This document shows positions 25,984-30,252 of a stretch of 30,252 nt of DNA, piece after piece. Under the pieces are notes generated by a model, which was given only the letters and a program-made list of their open reading frames with translations, was not told the origin of the DNA and searched no databases. Position 1 is the first letter of the stretch. The number at the start of each line of letters is the position of its first letter. Both the position numbers and the translations under genes were made by a program. Origin of the DNA: a virus (lineage: Duplodnaviria > Caudoviricetes); the IMG/VR virus record IMGVR_UViG_3300030397_000323, positions 1-30,252 of that record. One strand, 5' to 3'.

Positions 25984-26218
25984 AACCTGTCGGAAAACCT
26001 GCCGGAGTAGCGATTCGGCCCGGTAGCCGCTTAGTGCGTATTACCCTGCATTTTTCAAGGCGGAAGCCGTGGGACTCGAACCCACAACGGCGCGAACCGC
26101 ACCTGTTTTCAAGACAGATCGAATGCGCATCGGTTCGTTGGTTTTCTGGCGTTTTCGAAAACGTATGCCGCTCAATGTGGTGCAATCGGTGCGTAACCTG
26201 CCGGAATAACCTGCCGGA
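25984..26218. other. attP with paired arm-type sites AACCTGYCGGA at 25984, 25996, 26195, 26208
   Basis: Four 11-bp direct repeats, in two pairs, flank the tRNA-homologous core just downstream of int. Confidence 0.85.
26058..26118 (-). pseudogene. 3' part of tRNA-Ser(TGA) forming the attP identity block
   Basis: Minus strand reads TCTGT-CTTGAAA-ACAGG anticodon arm, long variable arm, GTGGG-TTCGAGT-CCCAC T-arm and GGCTTCC-G-CCT. No D-arm or 5' acceptor strand upstream. Confidence 0.9.
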
Positions 26219-26424
26219 GTTTCAACCGCACAATGCCGACTATTCGATAGCTGTTCCGATGTTGCATCGGTTGTGTTTGCAGTGCTTCTGCAGAACCGTG
26301 TCAATAGACGATCGAGTCCTTTCTTGGTGCACTTCCCGCCCTTTTGGGTCGGATCGATTCCCTTTTGAGTCCAGTCCGTCAGGCAGGTGTATCTTGCTCT
26401 CGTCGCAAATGACACGAGGGAAAC

Positions 26425-26619
26425 ATGAAGACCACCACACAGCCAAAACCATCGGATGAATTGACCACTGCTCAGTTTCGCAAACTGGTTGGAAACCCAC
26501 ACCGATCAACCATCTCACGTTGGATTCGTGATGGGATCATTCCACCGGAAGCCGTGAAAAGAACTGTCACAGGTCGGTGGGTTATCAAACGATGGGCAGC
26601 TGCTGAAGTGATGAGTTGA
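26425..26619 (+). CDS. Excisionase-like MerR-type HTH protein
   Basis: LTTAQFRKLVG.PHRSTISRWIRDGII...KRTVTGRWVI, GAGGG RBS, next to attP. Confidence 0.75.
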   Translation: MKTTTQPKPSDELTTAQFRKLVGNPHRSTISRWIRDGIIPPEAVKRTVTGRWVIKRWAAAEVMS

Positions 26620-26724
26620 ACCAGTGACATCGTCGGGGCCTGCTTTCTCCGGCGGTGTCACTTCCCGCTGATTTTCAAAAACCACCACAACTTTCTGCGT
26701 GGAAGGTACGCGCAGAGGAAAGCC

Positions 26725-27045
26725 ATGAATCAACCACTTCTCTTTGACAACGAGTTAGTCCCAATAGCTCAGGCCCGCAAGTCGGATCCGATCACATCGG
26801 TCATGGCTGCGGAGCGAGTGGAGCGAAGTGGATCGGCCAAAACGAACCGTGAGAAGGTGCTGGCATTTGTGAAGACCAATCCCGGACACACCTCGGCAAA
26901 GATCGCCCAGGCAGTGGGATTTGATCGACATGAAGGTGGCCGGCGAGTGTCGGATCTGATTCGGGCGAAGCTGGTCAAGTACGGCGAGCGACGCATCTGC
27001 AATGTGCGAGGAACGACCATGCAAACAGTTTGGAGCAATGACTGA
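26725..27045 (+). CDS. Winged-helix phage protein (ARxxDPxTS family)
   Basis: ARKSDPITSVMAAE...VLAFVKTNPGHTSAKIA...RRVSDL, GAGGA RBS. Confidence 0.8.
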   Translation: MNQPLLFDNELVPIAQARKSDPITSVMAAERVERSGSAKTNREKVLAFVKTNPGHTSAKIAQAVGFDRHEGGRRVSDLIRAKLVKYGERRICNVRGTTMQTVWSND

Positions 27046-27278
27046 TGTTGGGCAACCTGACATATGACGAGCTGAAAACGGAATACGAGGCACTGTGCAA
27101 AGAGACGCAGGAACAAAAGCACCACATCGCTTTTCTGGAAAGCGTGCGAGGCGGGCATCAGCAGCGACTATTGGAACTCAGCGAAGCAGTGCAGGAGATT
27201 CAGGATAAGTGCTTCGATCTGCGAACAGCGCTTATTGCGGCAGACGTGCAACTCGATAGGAGCAGATGGACGCCATGA
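27045..27278 (+). CDS. Hypothetical coiled-coil protein
   Basis: TGATG coupling, GGAG RBS, heptad pattern. Confidence 0.7.
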   Translation: MLGNLTYDELKTEYEALCKETQEQKHHIAFLESVRGGHQQRLLELSEAVQEIQDKCFDLRTALIAADVQLDRSRWTP

Positions 27279-27364
27279 ATGATCTACTCGCCTACACATG
27301 CGTCTTCGCGGTCAGTGCCTCGGCGTTACTGATGATCGCGATTGGTAAACCACACAGGAAGTAA
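27275..27364 (+). CDS. 29-aa hydrophobic peptide (below ORF-track cutoff)
   Basis: ATGA overlap. MNDLLAYTCVFAVSASALLMIAIGKPHRK is one TM helix with a basic tail. Confidence 0.5.
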   Translation: MNDLLAYTCVFAVSASALLMIAIGKPHRK

Positions 27365-27474
27365 CACGGAAACACCCGGCAGCGGTGAAACACACCTTTT
27401 CACTTTTTGAAAGTCGACAAGGGGCCATGAGTTTCAAAACAGAGACCGTTGCCGGGGTATTGGAAGGCCGAATC

Positions 27475-28962
27475 ATGAGAGTTCATTTCGATACAAGATC
27501 ACTCAACGACTATCACACTTTCCTCAACGTGCGCCGGTGTCCTGTGTATCAGTTTAGAGGCACGGCTGTCGATATTCCGGACGAGTATGCCAGACAACTC
27601 GGCCTGCCGGTTGAGACAATGGATGACGATGAGTGGTATCAACCGCTTCATGGATTGTTCGACTATCAGGAAGACATTGCCCGAAAGGCAATTCAGAAAC
27701 GCAAGTATGCAATCTTTGCTGATTGCGGTCTTGGTAAGACTCTAATGCTGCTGGAATTCGCCAGGCACGCAGCACGAGTCACGAGGCAACGCGTTTTGAT
27801 TGTCTCGCCGCTAATGGTTGTGAGACAGACGATCAGTGAGGCGTTGAAGTGGTATGGGGCAAGTGGTGAGTCGATTGACATCGGGAGAGTGAACGCGGCT
27901 GACCTGCCGTACTGGCTCACGTCAACTGACTCACAAGACACTCAAATCGGCGTCACGAATTATGAAGCGATCAGAGATGGGCTGCCACAAGGCACTCTTG
28001 GCGGGCTGATTCTTGATGAATCGTCAATGCTCAAAAGCCATTACGGTGCATGGGGCACTCGACTGATTGAACTTGGGCGCGGCGTGTCTTTCAAGTTGGC
28101 CGCGACAGGCACACCGGCACCGAACGACCGGATTGAGTTCGCAAATCATGCGGTGTTTCTCGATCGTGCCCGGACAGTCAATGAGTTTCTTGCTTCTTAC
28201 TTTGTGAATCGCGGACAGACAAATAATCGATGGGAGTTGAAACCACATGCACTCAGGCCGTTCTACCGGTCGCTGGCGGACTGGTCGATCTTTTTGACAA
28301 ATCCGGCAACCTACGGATGGGGCGACAATGTCGGCGTGACGCCACCGATTCACATCCACATTGATGATGTGCCACTGACGGACGAGCAGCGCCATGCCGC
28401 TCAGCAAATCACTGGCGATCTGCTGACGGCGAACATCGGCGGCATCGGCCAGCGTGCCAAGTTGTCTCAGATTGCAAAAGGCAAGAACGGTATAGCCACT
28501 AATAAGCCATCTGCGATTCGCGAGTTGGTCGATAGTTGGCCAGACGAATCGACCATCATCTGGTGCAACTACAACGATGAGCAAACGATCATGGAACGGA
28601 CATTCCCAGAGGCGGTCAGCGTTTCGGGATCGACAAAGGAAACGGATCGAGAAAAGGCAATCGATTTATTCCAGTCTGGCGAGTCACGAGTCCTAATCAC
28701 GAAACCGAAGATACTTGGTTTCGGTCTGAATCTGCAGGTCGCAACCCGCCAGGTATTCAGTGGGCTCAAGGACTCATACGAAGAGTTTTATCAGGCCGTC
28801 AAGCGAAGCAACCGCATCGGGTCAACTCGCCCTCTCAACGTGCATATTCCGGTAACAGAACTTGAAGTGCCCTTCGTCGATAACGTGCTTGCAAAAGCCA
28901 GGCGAGTCGAGACGGATGCAGAAGAACAGGAAGCCTTATTCAAGGAGATTGGTTGTGGCTGA
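27475..28962 (+). CDS. SNF2-like (SF2) helicase
   Basis: Start moved to ATG 27475 (GGAAGG RBS; upstream DNA is a stem-loop). Motifs ADCGLGKT, ILDESS, TGTP, GFGLNLQ, QAVKRSNRIG. Confidence 0.9.
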   Translation: MRVHFDTRSLNDYHTFLNVRRCPVYQFRGTAVDIPDEYARQLGLPVETMDDDEWYQPLHGLFDYQEDIARKAIQKRKYAIFADCGLGKTLMLLEFARHAARVTRQRVLIVSPLMVVRQTISEALKWYGASGESIDIGRVNAADLPYWLTSTDSQDTQIGVTNYEAIRDGLPQGTLGGLILDESSMLKSHYGAWGTRLIELGRGVSFKLAATGTPAPNDRIEFANHAVFLDRARTVNEFLASYFVNRGQTNNRWELKPHALRPFYRSLADWSIFLTNPATYGWGDNVGVTPPIHIHIDDVPLTDEQRHAAQQITGDLLTANIGGIGQRAKLSQIAKGKNGIATNKPSAIRELVDSWPDESTIIWCNYNDEQTIMERTFPEAVSVSGSTKETDREKAIDLFQSGESRVLITKPKILGFGLNLQVATRQVFSGLKDSYEEFYQAVKRSNRIGSTRPLNVHIPVTELEVPFVDNVLAKARRVETDAEEQEALFKEIGCG

Positions 28963-29851
28963 TTTTGCAATTCATCACGGCGACTGCATCCCACACATGA
29001 TGCAGGAAATGGAACCGGACAGCGTCGACTTTTCTATCTTCAGTCCACCGTTTCCGTCGTTGTACGCCTATACAGACAGCGAGGCGGATATCGGCAATGT
29101 TGATGCGATGACAGGCGAGGCATCGGTTCATCTGTCGTTTCTGTTCAACGCTCTCTATCGAGTGCTAAAGCCCGGTCGAGCGGCTGTTGTGCATGTCTGT
29201 CAGATCCCTCGCATGAAACGCAGCGGAGGCGTTGGTTTGTGCGACTTTCGCGGCATCAACATCCGGCTGGGTGAACGGGCGGGACTCGTCTACGAATACG
29301 ACTGGAGTGTCAGAAAGAACCCTCAAGCACAGGCGATCAGAACACGGTCGAGGGAATTGCAGTTCGCTGGTCTTGAGTCAGATCGAGCGGCGCAACGCGG
29401 CACATTGCAGGACTACCTGATTAAGTTTCGCAAGCCGGGGGATAATTCGCAACCAATCAACACGTCCGGGCAAGTCAGCCGCAACGACTGGATTGCTTGG
29501 GCAGAGGGTTGTTGGGACGACATCCACGAGACAGACACGCTCAACACGGCTGCAGCAAAGGGCGAAGGTGACACAAAGCACATTTGCCCTCTTCAGTTGG
29601 AAGTTATCCGGCGTTGCATTTTGCTTTTCAGTGATCCGGGCGAGTTGGTGTTCAGTCCGTTCACGGGAATTGGCAGCGAGGGGTATGTGGCGATCGGCGG
29701 GAAGTCACCAAAGACTGGCCGCAGAATAGATGATCCTCGACGGTTTTATGGGTGTGAGCTGAAACCGGAATACTACGAAGCAGCACAAAGGAATCTGAAT
29801 AAAGCGATGCAGGCTCGTGAGAGTGCAAAACAGGAATTGTTGTTTAGTTAA
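28955..29851 (+). CDS. DNA N4-cytosine/N6-adenine methyltransferase (beta-class order)
   Basis: GTG 28955 with AAGGAG RBS. HHGDC, catalytic FSPPF, HICPLQL, SAM motif VFSPFTGIGS, GCELKPEYY. Confidence 0.9.
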   Translation: MADFAIHHGDCIPHMMQEMEPDSVDFSIFSPPFPSLYAYTDSEADIGNVDAMTGEASVHLSFLFNALYRVLKPGRAAVVHVCQIPRMKRSGGVGLCDFRGINIRLGERAGLVYEYDWSVRKNPQAQAIRTRSRELQFAGLESDRAAQRGTLQDYLIKFRKPGDNSQPINTSGQVSRNDWIAWAEGCWDDIHETDTLNTAAAKGEGDTKHICPLQLEVIRRCILLFSDPGELVFSPFTGIGSEGYVAIGGKSPKTGRRIDDPRRFYGCELKPEYYEAAQRNLNKAMQARESAKQELLFS

Positions 29852-29930
29852 CCATCACAAGCGGCTTTCCCGGAGGATCGTTAGGTGACCAACAAGGAAT
29901 CGCAGGAAGCGGGTCACGGTCGTTTGCAAA

Positions 29931-30143
29931 GCAGCGGAAGTCAGTACCGGTTCACACCTCAGCGGGTTGGGTTACCTGCTGACTTCCGCTGCAAGGAATC
30001 AAAGTTATGGCAAAGAAGCGAAAGAAAAAAAACCAGTAACTGGCAAAAACAGGAGGCGAAAGCAACACGTTGAACTCGTTGCTGCAACGCAGCGGGAGTC
30101 AGTGTGACTGACTACACATCGGTCTGGTGCTGACTCTCGCTGC
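29931..30143 (+). repeat. Two homologous long stem-loops (29931-29992, 30089-30143)
   Basis: GCAGCGGAAGTCAGT...TGCTGACTTCCGCTGC and GCAGCGGGAGTCAGT...TGCTGACTCTCGCTGC, with unrelated loops. Confidence 0.8.
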
Positions 30144-30154
30144 TATCTGAAGAC

Positions 30155-30252
30155 ATGGGCATGAATGAAATCACCATCGAACTACCACCACCACACCCGA
30201 AGTTACACGCTCACAACACAGGGCACTGGAGATCAAAAGCAAAACCAACACA
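30155..30252 (+). CDS. RusA-like Holliday junction resolvase, 5' fragment (runs off window)
   Basis: MGMNEITIELPPPHPKLHAHNTGHWRSKAKPT resembles the I.I.LP.PP..L..N...HW..K N-terminus of phage RusA-like proteins. Confidence 0.55.
   Translation, partial: MGMNEITIELPPPHPKLHAHNTGHWRSKAKPT

Larger units (their letters stand above)
18..30252. mobile_element. Temperate tailed phage genome segment (lambda-like head module, probable siphovirus), unintegrated form
   Basis: Canonical terminase-portal-capsid-tail gene order, tyrosine integrase with intact attP, early genes, and no host genes. Confidence 0.95.

Noticed and set aside
26058-26160. Complete phage-encoded tRNA gene
   Set aside because: There is no D-arm or 5' GGAAGCC acceptor strand upstream of the anticodon arm on the minus strand, so it is an att core fragment.
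26034-26518. Overlapping ORFs across attP (26034-26459 +, 26041-26502 -, 26240-26518 -), possible attP-in-repressor design
   Set aside because: No RBS or recognisable domain. Their repeated peptides simply reflect the DNA repeats.
27385-27474. N-terminal extension of the helicase given by the ORF track
   Set aside because: It lies within a long intergenic stem-loop, and the RBS supports ATG 27475.
1-30252. Alternative genetic code and the many antisense/shadow ORFs in the track
   Set aside because: Standard-code genes tile the region with tight ATGA/TAATG/TGATG coupling. Shadow ORFs are expected at this GC content.

Overview
This is about 30 kb of a temperate, lambda-like tailed phage (probably a siphovirus) in its free, unintegrated form. 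The first 17 nt are an untrimmed random-PCR (Round A/B) primer, so the sequence is probably an amplified virome contig. Positions 34-22543 (+) hold a complete morphogenesis operon. It runs from a Nu1/gpA-type terminase, an Ogr-like zinc ribbon, a gpW-like adaptor and a lambda-type portal to an S49 protease-scaffold-major capsid fusion. Head-tail, tail tube, tape measure, tail-tip and several fibre/adhesin-like genes follow (LamG protein, internally repeated protein), then a holin-like gene. Positions 22616-24260 (-) are an accessory/immunity region with three parts: a small acidic ORF plus an HTH gene under a palindrome-containing promoter (acr-aca-like layout), a candidate ~190-nt structured RNA, and an RHH regulator followed by two small membrane proteins. 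Positions 24325-26619 (+) hold a divergent promoter with a structured leader, a tyrosine integrase, an intact attP (3' part of tRNA-Ser(TGA) flanked by AACCTGYCGGA arm sites) and an excisionase-like gene. Early genes follow: a wHTH protein, an SNF2-like helicase, an N4/N6 DNA methyltransferase and a partial RusA-like gene, separated by long G-U-compatible RNA stems. No CI-type repressor or endolysin is visible. A Planctomycetota host is my inference only. All calls come from motif recognition by eye and no database search was run.
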